IMG/VR virus record: IMGVR_UViG_3300044991_001466
Source: a virus
Lineage: Duplodnaviria > Caudoviricetes
Strand: one strand, 5' to 3'
DNA length: 64,000 bases
Shown here: in pieces, positions 1 to 9,533 of the stretch
How positions within the stretch are numbered: the first letter of the stretch is position 1
Layout: each line of letters opens with the position of its first letter
Made by a program: the position numbers and the translations under genes
Notes under the pieces: generated by a model
Database searches by the model: none
What the model saw: only the letters and a program-made list of their open reading frames with translations
What the model was told of the DNA's origin: nothing

Positions 1-1
1 T

Positions 2-892
2 AAACCAACGGATAGTCAATATGTTTATATATCTGCATATCAATATGTCGGTAGAACATTAAAAGATTCATTAAACAATTTAGGTAGTGCGGGAATATTC
101 CAACAAACAGGTTCATATTATTCAACTATTAATGATATCAAAATCACAGGGTCACTTGTTACTACAGGTGATTTAACTGTTGAAGGTACATTAACTGCGA
201 AGACGTTAATTATTTCGTCTTCAGTAACAAACATGGTTGTTCAATACGCTAGTGGATCAACAGCGTTTGGTGACACCGTAAATGACAATCATAATTTCAC
301 AGGTTCGGTTAATATCACTGGTTCATTAACAATTAATGGACAATCATTTAGTGCTGCAACATCAGGCACAAGTGGTTCATCAGGAACGGCAGGTTCATCA
401 GGAACAGCAGGTTCATCGGGTACTAGTGGTTCTGATGGTTCATCAGGTTCTAGTGGAAGTTCAGGTAGTAACGGTTCATCGGGTTCTAGCGGTACTGCGG
501 GTACATCTGGTTCAAGCGGTATTAGTGGGGTTAACGGAACAGATGGTTCTTCAGGTTCATCAGGAGATTCAATATTTGCACAAACGGGTTCTGCCCCTTA
601 TGATTTTTGGGCAACATCTAAAAATGTACAAATCACCGGTTCATTAATCACCTCAGGTTCTGTTATTATAAGGGGTGATTTAACGGTTGAAGGTACCACA
701 ACATTAAATCAAAAAAATGATTTAAATAGAGAATCTTTAATAGTATCAGGAGCGTTAAATATTGTTGAGAGAAGAGTTAATACAACGTTAACATCGGCCT
801 CATTATACTTTAATAATGAACTATCAATCATTAATAACACAATATCAAATCTAACATTCTCTGGAACATTTATTGACTCAGGAGAATTTTAA
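2..892 (+). CDS. 5'-truncated fibre-like structural protein with (S/T)-S-G repeat
   Basis: Frame is open from position 2 (KPTDSQYVY...) through the listed ATG at 233, so the real start is upstream of the window. Contains ITGSL/VTGS strand repeats, an SSG block and the C-terminus IDSGEF, which resembles IDGGTF of the next gene. Confidence 0.75.
   Translation, partial: KPTDSQYVYISAYQYVGRTLKDSLNNLGSAGIFQQTGSYYSTINDIKITGSLVTTGDLTVEGTLTAKTLIISSSVTNMVVQYASGSTAFGDTVNDNHNFTGSVNITGSLTINGQSFSAATSGTSGSSGTAGSSGTAGSSGTSGSDGSSGSSGSSGSNGSSGSSGTAGTSGSSGISGVNGTDGSSGSSGDSIFAQTGSAPYDFWATSKNVQITGSLITSGSVIIRGDLTVEGTTTLNQKNDLNRESLIVSGALNIVERRVNTTLTSASLYFNNELSIINNTISNLTFSGTFIDSGEF
359..565 (+). repeat. Gly-every-third-residue (S/T)-S-G coding repeat
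   Basis: Translated TSGTSGSSGTAGSSG...SSG, ending at SGDSIFAQTGS. Confidence 0.9.
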
Positions 893-944
893 AAAAATAA
901 ACAGAAATAATTCTACAAAAGAATAGAAAACAATAAAAATGAAC

Positions 945-951
945 TATTTAT
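945..951 (+). promoter_or_regulatory. TATTTAT motif, candidate late promoter
   Basis: AACTATTTAT 20 nt upstream of ATG 972; the same motif precedes 4731, 41661, 53537 and 55100. Confidence 0.5.
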
Positions 952-971
952 CAATTAAACAAATCAAATAG

Positions 972-3900
972 ATGGCACAAATTATTAAACACAGGAGGGG
1001 TCAGTTATCCGGAATAAAAGCTTTAACCGCAAACAATGGTGAAATTATTGTTGCGTCGGGTTCAATTTCAGATTTACAAGGACCATTTATTTTCATCGGT
1101 TCACCCGTATTACTGGATAATGGAACCGCTGGAGCCTTTAGTCCGGCCTCTAAAATATATACAGGAGCAGCTGCACCAACAATATTAAATGCGAGTTATG
1201 GTACTGCTTTAGATGGTACACCATTTTATGCTAGTGGTGACAAATCGTACTATATTTTAAATAATAGTGGTGCTGGTGGAAATACTAAATTAGATTTAAC
1301 AGGTAACATTGAAGGTAACACCATTAGTGGAGTTACTATTACCACATTAACAAGTACTAAGGGTACATTCAGTAGTCAAGTAAATGTTAGTGGGTCAATT
1401 AATGTTACAGGAAGTTTATTTATAAACGGTTCTGAATATACATCAAACTCTTCAGGTACTTCAGGTTCTTCAGGGTCTAGTGGCTCATCAGGAACTGCTG
1501 GTACATCAGGTTCTTCAGGTTCTAGTGGTTCATCAGGAACATCAGGTTCTTCAGGGTCAGACGGTTCTTCAGGAACTTCAGGTTCTAGTGGTTCAGCTGG
1601 TACTTCAGGTTCTAGTGGTTCTTCAGGAACGTCAGGTTCTAGTGGTTCTTCAGGAACTGCAGGAACATCAGGTTCTTCAGGGTCAGATGGTTCATCAGGT
1701 TCTTCAGGAACGTCAGGTTCTAGTGGTTCTTCAGGAACTGCAGGAACATCAGGTTCTTCAGGGTCAGATGGTTCATCAGGTTCATCAGGAACAAGTGGAT
1801 CATCAGGAACATCGGGTTCTAGTGGTTCTTCAGGAACGGCTGGTACTTCAGGAACATCAGGTTCTTCAGGTTCAGATGGTTCATCAGGATCTTCAGGTTC
1901 ATCAGGAACCGCTGGTACTTCAGGAACATCAGGTTCATCAGGTTCTTCAGGGTCAGATGGTTCATCAGGTTCTAGTGGTTCTGCGGGTACGTCAGGTTCA
2001 TCAGGGTCATCAGGAACTTCAGGTTCATCAGGTTCATCAGGGTCAGACGGTTCTTCAGGAACATCGGGATCATCAGGTTCATCAGGAACTTCAGGTTCAA
2101 GTGGTTCATCAGGAACTTCAGGTTCATCGGGTTCTTCAGGTTCTAATGGTACAGATGGTACTTCAGGAGATAGTTTATTCGCATTAACTGGTTCAATATG
2201 GTCTACCCAAAATCCAGTAAGAATAGTAGGAGCTTTAACCGCTTCAATGGTATCATCTTCATTCATAGGCGATGGTGCGGGTTTATATAATATTCCAGCA
2301 AGTGGTGTTACAGGTTTAGAATTAAATAAAATTGTAAACGGTGCGGTAAGTGCTTCAGTTTTATCTGACGGAACATTCAGAGTAAACGGTGATACATTTA
2401 TTAATGGTACCATCACGGCAAGACAATTAAATATTGATTATGTAACTTCATCAATTTTATACACATCAGGTTCAACTAAGTTTGGTGATACATTTGATGA
2501 TTTACATGAATTTACAGGAAGTGTAAACATAACAGGTTCTTTATTCTTAAATGGTGTAACAGTTGGAACGGGTAAACTAAATACAACTGATTTTAACTCA
2601 TATACATCTTCAGTAAATTCACAATTTGCAGGAACATCATCATTTGCGATTTCTTCATCATATGCTGTTTACGCGGAGAATGCAGTTATTGTTTCAGGTC
2701 AAACTAAAACATTAACAGTAACTACTCCATCAACAACATGGTCATTTACACACAATTTGGGTTATAAATTCCCAGCGATTAATGTTTTTGATGGTAATGA
2801 TAATGTAATAGTTCCTTCAGGAATTAAAGTAAAAAATAGTAATCTATTAGAGGTATATTTTAATAGTGTTGAAACGGGTACTGTAATTGCCACTATCGGT
2901 GGTAATGGTTCTTCTGGAACTTCAGGTTCAGGTGGTTCTTCTGGAACTTCAGGTTCTAGTGGTTCATCAGGAACATCAGGTTCTTCAGGGTCAGACGGTT
3001 CATCAGGAACTTCAGGTTCTAGTGGTTCTTCAGGAACTTCAGGTTCTAGCGGTTCTTCAGGAACATCAGGTTCCTCAGGTTCATCAGGAACTTCAGGTTC
3101 TAGTGGTTCATCAGGTTCTAATGGTACAGATGGTTCTTCAGGTTCTAGTGGTTCTTCAGGAACGGCTGGTACATCAGGAACTTCAGGTTCATCAGGTTCA
3201 GATGGTACTTCAGGAACATCAGGTTCTTCAGGAACTTCAGGTTCTAGTGGTTCATCAGGAACATCAGGTTCAAGTGGTACTGCGGGTACTTCAGGTTCTT
3301 CAGGGTCAGATGGTTCTAGCGGTTCTTCAGGAACAAGTGGTTCATCAGGTTCTTCAGGAACAAGTGGTTCATCAGGTTCTTCAGGAACTTCAGGCTCAAG
3401 TGGTTCTTCAGGAACTTCAGGTTCAGATGGTACTTCAGGAACATCAGGTACTTCAGGTTCGTCAGGTTCTTCAGGAACTGCGGGAACTTCAGGTTCTAGT
3501 GGTTCATCAGGAACTGCAGGTACATCAGGTTCTTCGGGTTCAGATGGTTCTTCAGGTACTTCAGGTTCTAGTGGTTCATCAGGAACATCAGGTTCATCAG
3601 GAACAGCGGGTACTTCAGGTTCTTCAGGTTCTTCAGGAACGAGTGGTTCTTCAGGTTCTTCAGGGTCTAGCGGTTCATCAGGTTCTTCAGGAGATAGTAT
3701 ATTCGCTTTAACAGGTTCAGTTTGGGAGACTAATTTAAATGTTAAGTTCAACCAATCAGTAACCTCATCTATATTCACAGGTTCATTTAAAGGTGATGGT
3801 GCAGGACTTTATAACATACCAGCAAGTGGTGTTACAGGATTACAATTAGACAAAATTGCAAGTGGAGCGGTAACAGCTTCAGTAACAGCGGCAGGTTTAC

Positions 3901-4580
3901 AAGTAAATGCTAACACATCTATCACAGGTTCTTTAAGTGTAAGTCAAGATGTTAGTTTCTTATCTAATTTGTTTGTATCAGGTAACCTACAAGTTTTGGG
4001 TTCATCAACAAATGTTAATATTGAATCACATACAGTTGAAATCGGTGATAATATCATCCAAGTAAACGCTTACTCACCATTTAACAGATATGCGGGTTTA
4101 TCAGCATACGATTCAGGTTCAGTAGGTGGTTCAGGTTCATTGTTATGGGATTCAACAAATGATTATTGGATACAAGTTGGTTCTAACGGACAATCAAGTA
4201 AAATGGTTGGAGTTACAGGAGGAGCATATGGTAGTGAAGCAAGTTTAACAACAAACGCAATACCAAAAGCAACTACAGGAAACACAATCGGTGATAGTTT
4301 GTTAACTGATAATGGTACAACATTAGCATACAACACTAACAAGTTTACCGTAGCATCTTCTGACGGAGCAACGTTAATCGCGGGTAATGTTACTGTAAGT
4401 GCAGCGGGTGGTAGTGACTCTAATAGTAAAACATCAGCAGTTACATTTAGAAACTCATCAAATGTTTTAGGTTATGTATCAACAACAGTTGGTAGTGACG
4501 TAACGGATGGTTTCTTAGGATATAAAACATCAAATGGTGGTTTAGTATTCTCGAATGTAATTGACGGAGGAACATTCTAA
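972..4580 (+). CDS. Large tail/virion fibre protein with two collagen-like SSG blocks
   Basis: 1202 aa. N-terminus MAQIIKHRRG resembles phage fibre attachment domains. Two Gly-X-Y blocks, a TWSFTHNLG...P...VYF module and a duplicated GDGAGLYNIPASGVTGL module. Confidence 0.8.
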   Translation: MAQIIKHRRGQLSGIKALTANNGEIIVASGSISDLQGPFIFIGSPVLLDNGTAGAFSPASKIYTGAAAPTILNASYGTALDGTPFYASGDKSYYILNNSGAGGNTKLDLTGNIEGNTISGVTITTLTSTKGTFSSQVNVSGSINVTGSLFINGSEYTSNSSGTSGSSGSSGSSGTAGTSGSSGSSGSSGTSGSSGSDGSSGTSGSSGSAGTSGSSGSSGTSGSSGSSGTAGTSGSSGSDGSSGSSGTSGSSGSSGTAGTSGSSGSDGSSGSSGTSGSSGTSGSSGSSGTAGTSGTSGSSGSDGSSGSSGSSGTAGTSGTSGSSGSSGSDGSSGSSGSAGTSGSSGSSGTSGSSGSSGSDGSSGTSGSSGSSGTSGSSGSSGTSGSSGSSGSNGTDGTSGDSLFALTGSIWSTQNPVRIVGALTASMVSSSFIGDGAGLYNIPASGVTGLELNKIVNGAVSASVLSDGTFRVNGDTFINGTITARQLNIDYVTSSILYTSGSTKFGDTFDDLHEFTGSVNITGSLFLNGVTVGTGKLNTTDFNSYTSSVNSQFAGTSSFAISSSYAVYAENAVIVSGQTKTLTVTTPSTTWSFTHNLGYKFPAINVFDGNDNVIVPSGIKVKNSNLLEVYFNSVETGTVIATIGGNGSSGTSGSGGSSGTSGSSGSSGTSGSSGSDGSSGTSGSSGSSGTSGSSGSSGTSGSSGSSGTSGSSGSSGSNGTDGSSGSSGSSGTAGTSGTSGSSGSDGTSGTSGSSGTSGSSGSSGTSGSSGTAGTSGSSGSDGSSGSSGTSGSSGSSGTSGSSGSSGTSGSSGSSGTSGSDGTSGTSGTSGSSGSSGTAGTSGSSGSSGTAGTSGSSGSDGSSGTSGSSGSSGTSGSSGTAGTSGSSGSSGTSGSSGSSGSSGSSGSSGDSIFALTGSVWETNLNVKFNQSVTSSIFTGSFKGDGAGLYNIPASGVTGLQLDKIASGAVTASVTAAGLQVNANTSITGSLSVSQDVSFLSNLFVSGNLQVLGSSTNVNIESHTVEIGDNIIQVNAYSPFNRYAGLSAYDSGSVGGSGSLLWDSTNDYWIQVGSNGQSSKMVGVTGGAYGSEASLTTNAIPKATTGNTIGDSLLTDNGTTLAYNTNKFTVASSDGATLIAGNVTVSAAGGSDSNSKTSAVTFRNSSNVLGYVSTTVGSDVTDGFLGYKTSNGGLVFSNVIDGGTF
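1449..2168 (+). repeat. Collagen-like (S/T/D)-(S/A)-G repeat, about 80 triplets
   Basis: 720 nt built from tca/tct/aca/act/ggt/gga codons. Confidence 0.95.
2901..3692 (+). repeat. Collagen-like (S/T/D)-(S/A)-G repeat, about 88 triplets
   Basis: 792 nt; same codon mosaic as 1449-2168. Confidence 0.95.
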
Positions 4581-4600
4581 TAGTAAGTTTAAATAAAATT

Positions 4601-4633
4601 AAAAGGAGACCCTAAAAAGTCTCCTTTTTTTAT
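4601..4633 (+). terminator. Intrinsic (rho-independent) terminator
   Basis: AAAAGGAGAC-cctaaaaa-GTCTCCTTTT stem followed by a T run, 20 nt after the stop at 4580. Confidence 0.85.
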
Positions 4634-4656
4634 TTATACAATACCAACTTTTGTTG

Positions 4657-4663
4657 TATTTAT
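4657..4663 (+). promoter_or_regulatory. TATTTAT motif, candidate late promoter
   Basis: TTGTATTTAT between the terminator and ATG 4731; overlaps the imperfect hairpin AATAC(C)AAC-TTTT-GTT-GTATT. Confidence 0.45.
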
Positions 4664-4730
4664 GTATAATACCTACATAGGTAATTAACCGTGATATATA
4701 TCACAAAGATTTTTAAGGAAACCCATACAT

Positions 4731-7700
4731 ATGGCACAAATAGTAAAACTACGCAGAAGTTCTGTAGCTGGCAATAAACCAGTTAATGAAACATTACAAT
4801 TAGGGGAATTAGCATTAAATACAACCGACGGTAAAATTTATTTAGCCGTATCTGGTTCAGATGGTCCTACAATTGAAGAGGTAATTACTACAAATGCATA
4901 TAATACAGGTTCAGTAAATCTTAGTGGTAGTCTAAAAGTTGTCGGTACAGAATATGTAACCGGCTCAGTTATAATAACGGGTTCTTTATTCGTTAACGGA
5001 AATTCATCATTCACATCATTAGTTGTTTCAGGTTCTGACCCTGTTGGTAATGTACAAGCTTACGTTCCACCAAGTTCAGTTTATGATCCTGCGTCATTTA
5101 ACACACCTGAAAGGGTTGCTAGTGGTATTCGTTTTAATTGGAATAATGAAAACTGGACTATTGGTGCAGCAAGAGGTGCAACAACCGATATTGATGGTTT
5201 AATTTTTAGTAGAAACGGAGTTAAAAAATACATGTTGGACGAAGATGGTAATGCATCTTTATCAGGTTCAATGTATATAAGCGGTTCATTATTTGTTAAT
5301 GGTGCTGAAGTTGGAACAGGTAAATTAAACGAAACAACATTTAATTCATATACAAGTTCAAATGTTTCACAATTTGCGGGAACATCATCATTTGCATTAA
5401 CCGCATCATATGTTGCAAATCCAACATTAGTATCAGGGTCAACAAAAAAATCAACAGTATCGGTAGGAGCAACAACATGGTCATTCAATCACCAATTAGG
5501 TGAAAGATATCCATCAATTAATGTATTCGATTCAAATGGTTTTGTTGTTATCCCTAAAGATATTGAAACAATAGATGCAAATAACTTAAATGTATATTTT
5601 TCATCAAATCAGACAGGTACAGTAATTGCAACAATAGGCGGAGGAGGTTCGTCAGGAACGAGTGGTAATGGTACTTCAGGAACAAGTGGTTCATCGGGTT
5701 CTAGTGGAACAAGTGGTTCATCAGGAACTAGTGGTGTTAACGGTTCTTCAGGTACAAGTGGTGGTTCAGGTTCTTCAGGGTCTAATGGTACATCAGGTTC
5801 ATCAGGAACGAGTGGTAGAGATGGTATTGGTGGTACAACACAAACATTTGCAGCATCTACAACATGGTCAGTAGCACATAATTTAGGTACTAATTTTCCG
5901 GCAGTAACTGTTTGGGACGATAATAAAAATGTGGTTATCCCAAGTCAAATAAAATCAATCGATACTAACAATATTGATGTTTATTTTGGTAGTCCAATTT
6001 CAGGTAGTGTAAATGTAATATTTGGTGGACATGTTGTTAGTGGTGCTATTGACACATCGGCGGTTGGACACATTGTACCTTCAGTTAATAACACATATGA
6101 TTTAGGTTCGGCATCAAAACAATTTAGACACTTATATTTGTCATCAGGTTCATTATATATTGACGGACAAAAAGTTTTGGGTAGTTCAAACCAAGAGTTA
6201 CAAATTACAACGGATAATGGTCAATCATTAAAAATATTAGAACAAGGTACCGATACTATCACATTACAAAGTGCTGACGGAGACATTCAATTAAAAACAT
6301 CTGCGGGTGGTAATGTATTGTTAGACCCAACAACAGGATTAATTGATTTAAGAGGAACGGTTCAAATACAAGACGGTAATAAAATTACAAGTTCAGGAGC
6401 AACTAAAGTTGTTTTTGGAAATGATATAGAAGTTACGGGTTCGATTAGAACAAGTGGTACATTAATTGTAAATGGGGTTTCATTCTCAGCCATGACATCA
6501 GGAACTTCAGGTTCAAGTGGTGGTTCGGGTTCATCTGGTTCAGGTGGTACTTCAGGAACATCAGGTTCTAATGGGTCTAGTGGAACATCAGGTTCATCAG
6601 GAACAAGTGGTACTTCAGGAAGTAGTGGAACGTCAGGCAGTTCAGGGTCATCGGGTACAAGTGGAACCTCAGTAACTGTTTCAGGTACTAACGATGTAAT
6701 TGGTAAATTCAGTTCAGGAACATTAGTTAATTCAAATATAACCGATAATGCTTCGGTAGTTAACATTAATTCAAATACAATAATCACAGGTTCATTGACG
6801 ATTACACAAAACTTAAATGTTTTAGGTTCATCATCAATAACTTATACGACAGCTTCCCAATTAAGGGTAGATGATAATGTTATTACGGTTAATGCCTCAA
6901 GTCCAGGTGTGAGATTTGCTGGTTTATCAGTAATTGATAGTGGTTCGTCACCTACCGTTTCGGGTTCATTCTTATTTGATTCATTAAATAATCAATTTGT
7001 TTATGTTCACACAAATCAAGGTGTGGTAACATCTTCAGTTGTTATGGTGGGTGCACAAACTTACAATAGTTTAGGAAATGAGATTTTACCCACACAAAAT
7101 AGAATATTAAAATCTTTAGGTCAGGAACATCTTGGTGATTCTAATATTTCAGATGATGGCACAACAGTTAAAATTAGTACAAACACAGAAATAACAGGTT
7201 CGTTAAGAGTTACAAGTTTAAATATTAACGGAACATCGTACGCCGCTGCTACAAGTGGAACGTCAGGTTCTTCAGGTAGTTCAGGTACAAGTGGTTCATC
7301 AGGAACATCAGGTTCTTCAGGTTCAAATGGTTCTTCAGGAACATCAGGTAGTTCAGGTTCTAGCGGAACATCTGGCAGTTCAGGTTCATCAGGAACATCA
7401 GGTTCTAGTGGTAGTAACGGTTCATCAGGTTCTAGTGGTACAACAACAATCACAAATGCGGTAGATAATAGAGTAATGACAAGTGTCGGTGGTGTTACGT
7501 TAAATGCGGAAGCGAATTTAACATTTGACGGATCAACATTAACAGTAACAGGAGCAGTATCAACAACCGGTAACTTAACAGTAGGTGGAACATTAACAGA
7601 AAACTCATCAGTAAGATATAAGGATAACATTGAAACTTTAAAATATGGTTTAGATAATGTTCTTAAAATGAGAGGTGTTTCATACATTAAAAAAGATACA

Positions 7701-7877
7701 GGTGTTAAAGAGATTGGTTTAATAGCAGAAGAGTTAAATGAAATTGCACCTGAATTGGTAAATAAAAATGAAGAAGGATTACCTGATTCCGTTTCTTACG
7801 GTAGAGTAGTTTCATATTTGATTGAAGCAATAAAAGATTTAAAGAAAGAAATTGAAGAACTTAAATCAAATAAATAA
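4731..7877 (+). CDS. Tail fibre protein with SSG repeats and C-terminal peptidase S74-like intramolecular chaperone
   Basis: N-terminus MAQIVKLRRS...GELALNTTDGKIY is Mtd-N-like. Two TWS.xH.LG modules and three SSG blocks. C-terminus SSVRYKDNI...IGLIAEEL...PELV...SYGRVVSYLIEAIKDL is typical of S74. Confidence 0.85.
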   Translation: MAQIVKLRRSSVAGNKPVNETLQLGELALNTTDGKIYLAVSGSDGPTIEEVITTNAYNTGSVNLSGSLKVVGTEYVTGSVIITGSLFVNGNSSFTSLVVSGSDPVGNVQAYVPPSSVYDPASFNTPERVASGIRFNWNNENWTIGAARGATTDIDGLIFSRNGVKKYMLDEDGNASLSGSMYISGSLFVNGAEVGTGKLNETTFNSYTSSNVSQFAGTSSFALTASYVANPTLVSGSTKKSTVSVGATTWSFNHQLGERYPSINVFDSNGFVVIPKDIETIDANNLNVYFSSNQTGTVIATIGGGGSSGTSGNGTSGTSGSSGSSGTSGSSGTSGVNGSSGTSGGSGSSGSNGTSGSSGTSGRDGIGGTTQTFAASTTWSVAHNLGTNFPAVTVWDDNKNVVIPSQIKSIDTNNIDVYFGSPISGSVNVIFGGHVVSGAIDTSAVGHIVPSVNNTYDLGSASKQFRHLYLSSGSLYIDGQKVLGSSNQELQITTDNGQSLKILEQGTDTITLQSADGDIQLKTSAGGNVLLDPTTGLIDLRGTVQIQDGNKITSSGATKVVFGNDIEVTGSIRTSGTLIVNGVSFSAMTSGTSGSSGGSGSSGSGGTSGTSGSNGSSGTSGSSGTSGTSGSSGTSGSSGSSGTSGTSVTVSGTNDVIGKFSSGTLVNSNITDNASVVNINSNTIITGSLTITQNLNVLGSSSITYTTASQLRVDDNVITVNASSPGVRFAGLSVIDSGSSPTVSGSFLFDSLNNQFVYVHTNQGVVTSSVVMVGAQTYNSLGNEILPTQNRILKSLGQEHLGDSNISDDGTTVKISTNTEITGSLRVTSLNINGTSYAAATSGTSGSSGSSGTSGSSGTSGSSGSNGSSGTSGSSGSSGTSGSSGSSGTSGSSGSNGSSGSSGTTTITNAVDNRVMTSVGGVTLNAEANLTFDGSTLTVTGAVSTTGNLTVGGTLTENSSVRYKDNIETLKYGLDNVLKMRGVSYIKKDTGVKEIGLIAEELNEIAPELVNKNEEGLPDSVSYGRVVSYLIEAIKDLKKEIEELKSNK
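5649..5825 (+). repeat. SSG repeat block A of the 4731 fibre
   Basis: SSGTSGNGTSGTSGSSG...TSGRDG. Confidence 0.85.
6495..6665 (+). repeat. SSG repeat block B of the 4731 fibre
   Basis: About 19 Gly-X-Y triplets. Confidence 0.85.
7251..7439 (+). repeat. SSG repeat block C of the 4731 fibre
   Basis: About 21 Gly-X-Y triplets. Confidence 0.85.
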
Positions 7878-8347
7878 TGGCGACATTAATAGGTACAACT
7901 GCAACAACATACAATGCAACATCTACGTCAAATGCAAGTAGTACAATTTGTTCTAATACAATGGCTTTACAACAATGGGGTGGGAATGTTTCCGTAATAT
8001 CACCATATTATAGTGCAACACCATATACGGATGTACTTTGTAATAATAATAATTGGCAATGGGTAACAGGGTATGTTAGTTTTTTAGGATATCAAAGTTA
8101 CAATAGTACTCAAAATGTTTGGTTTGCACTATCACAATATGGTTTACAAATAACATCGGGGCCAACTAATGACCAATTAATAACATTTTCATATTATGAA
8201 GACCCAACAAGTGCTTCTAAAAGTTGGTTAAGATTTACAAATCAATATAACGCATCGTGGGCAAATGCCACCTGTTTAGTTAATATAACATTATTCGCTC
8301 CAAATGCTAATGCAATAACATCACCTATTTTAACAAGATACGTTTAA
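7877..8347 (+). CDS. Hypothetical structural protein, paralogue 1 of the YGL/LRFTN triplet
   Basis: TAATG-coupled to the fibre gene; motifs LSQYGLQ, WLRFTN, C-terminal SPILTRYV. Confidence 0.75.
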   Translation: MATLIGTTATTYNATSTSNASSTICSNTMALQQWGGNVSVISPYYSATPYTDVLCNNNNWQWVTGYVSFLGYQSYNSTQNVWFALSQYGLQITSGPTNDQLITFSYYEDPTSASKSWLRFTNQYNASWANATCLVNITLFAPNANAITSPILTRYV

Positions 8348-8814
8348 TGGCAACTTTACAAAATACAACAATAAATGGTACGATAACCGCATCTACGAGT
8401 TTCACATCACCACGTATATTAAATAATACAAGTTATAATCATATGATGAGGGAGTATAGTGGAACTGTATCAATACCATCATCAGTTAATAATGCAACAA
8501 ACTATGTTGACCTATTTGGTAATCTAGGGGTTCATAATCGTATGTATGGATTTTGTAGTTGGGTAACATATCAATCTCAAATACATTGTGGTAGTTTTTA
8601 TTGGCAATTATCAGAGTATGGACTTAGTACACAAACATTAACAAATTCAGGTAATTGGTCTGTTGCTAGACATAATCCAACATATGGAACAAATTATTTG
8701 AGATTTACAAATACAGTAGGAACTGAATGGGGTAATGGTACATATTACTTTGTATTAAATGTACAAGGACCCGGTGATTTCACATCATCATATTTAACAC
8801 AAAGAGTAAGATAA
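8347..8814 (+). CDS. Hypothetical structural protein, paralogue 2 of the YGL/LRFTN triplet
   Basis: TAATG overlap; LSEYGLS, YLRFTN, SSYLTQRVR. Confidence 0.75.
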   Translation: MATLQNTTINGTITASTSFTSPRILNNTSYNHMMREYSGTVSIPSSVNNATNYVDLFGNLGVHNRMYGFCSWVTYQSQIHCGSFYWQLSEYGLSTQTLTNSGNWSVARHNPTYGTNYLRFTNTVGTEWGNGTYYFVLNVQGPGDFTSSYLTQRVR

Positions 8815-9254
8815 TGGCAAATTTAATAGCAACAACATCTTCCGAATTAACAGCAACTTCAATAACATCACCAAAAATGTTAATGAGTAATACATATGGG
8901 GCAATGAATGAATGGACAGGAACGGCGGCGATTAATAATGGTTCTTCCGTTGATTTAATATGTAATGTTAGTGGATACGCAAGAACAATTGGACTTTGTA
9001 ATTTTTTTAATTTTACAACGGGAACATGGAGATATGGAATATTTGAGTTTGATGTATCAAGATATGGATTACAACACACACCAATTTTATCGTGGGGAGA
9101 TTATTCAGTATCTCATTATCAAGAAGGTAATGTTGACAGAAATTGGTTAAGATTTACCAATACATCAGGACAAAATGGATTAACTGTTTATTTTAATATA
9201 AGAATATTAAATTCATCGGGGTACGAATCGTCAATATTAACAAGAGTAAAATAA
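8814..9254 (+). CDS. Hypothetical structural protein, paralogue 3 of the YGL/LRFTN triplet
   Basis: TAATG overlap; VSRYGLQ, WLRFTN, SSILTRVK. Confidence 0.75.
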   Translation: MANLIATTSSELTATSITSPKMLMSNTYGAMNEWTGTAAINNGSSVDLICNVSGYARTIGLCNFFNFTTGTWRYGIFEFDVSRYGLQHTPILSWGDYSVSHYQEGNVDRNWLRFTNTSGQNGLTVYFNIRILNSSGYESSILTRVK

Positions 9255-9263
9255 TTATATAAT

Positions 9264-9530
9264 ATGATACATGAATTAGACAACGGAGACCCATTATTAA
9301 GTCCAATCGACGGAACACCACTTACTGAAGATCAAAGATATGGATTTTATATTGGTTTATCTGAACATTACGCAACACAATATCAAAGAGATAGACAACA
9401 AATATACCCATCATTAGGTAATCAATTAGATATGTTGTGGCATGAATTAAATGTGAGCGGTAGTTTAACAAGTAATGGTGAATGGTTTAATAAAATAAAA
9501 GAGGTTAAAGAAAACAATCCAAAACCTTAA
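9264..9530 (+). CDS. Small tail-fibre-associated protein
   Basis: YQRDRQQIYPSLGNQLDMLWH...KIKEVKENNPKP resembles small proteins commonly found beside phage fibre genes. Confidence 0.6.
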   Translation: MIHELDNGDPLLSPIDGTPLTEDQRYGFYIGLSEHYATQYQRDRQQIYPSLGNQLDMLWHELNVSGSLTSNGEWFNKIKEVKENNPKP

Positions 9531-9533
9531 TAA

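Noticed and set aside
1449-3692. CRISPR array or non-coding tandem repeat
   Set aside because: The repeats are in-frame, degenerate at third positions and have no unique spacers; no cas genes were seen.
1376-3778. Long antisense ORFs (1376-2416, 2762-3778; also 6362-6787, 7121-7687, 53875-54684) encoding PEEP/PDEP repeats
   Set aside because: They are shadow frames of the tca/ggt/gga codon repeats, which lack stops on the reverse strand. They have no promoter or operon context and lie fully inside strong sense genes.
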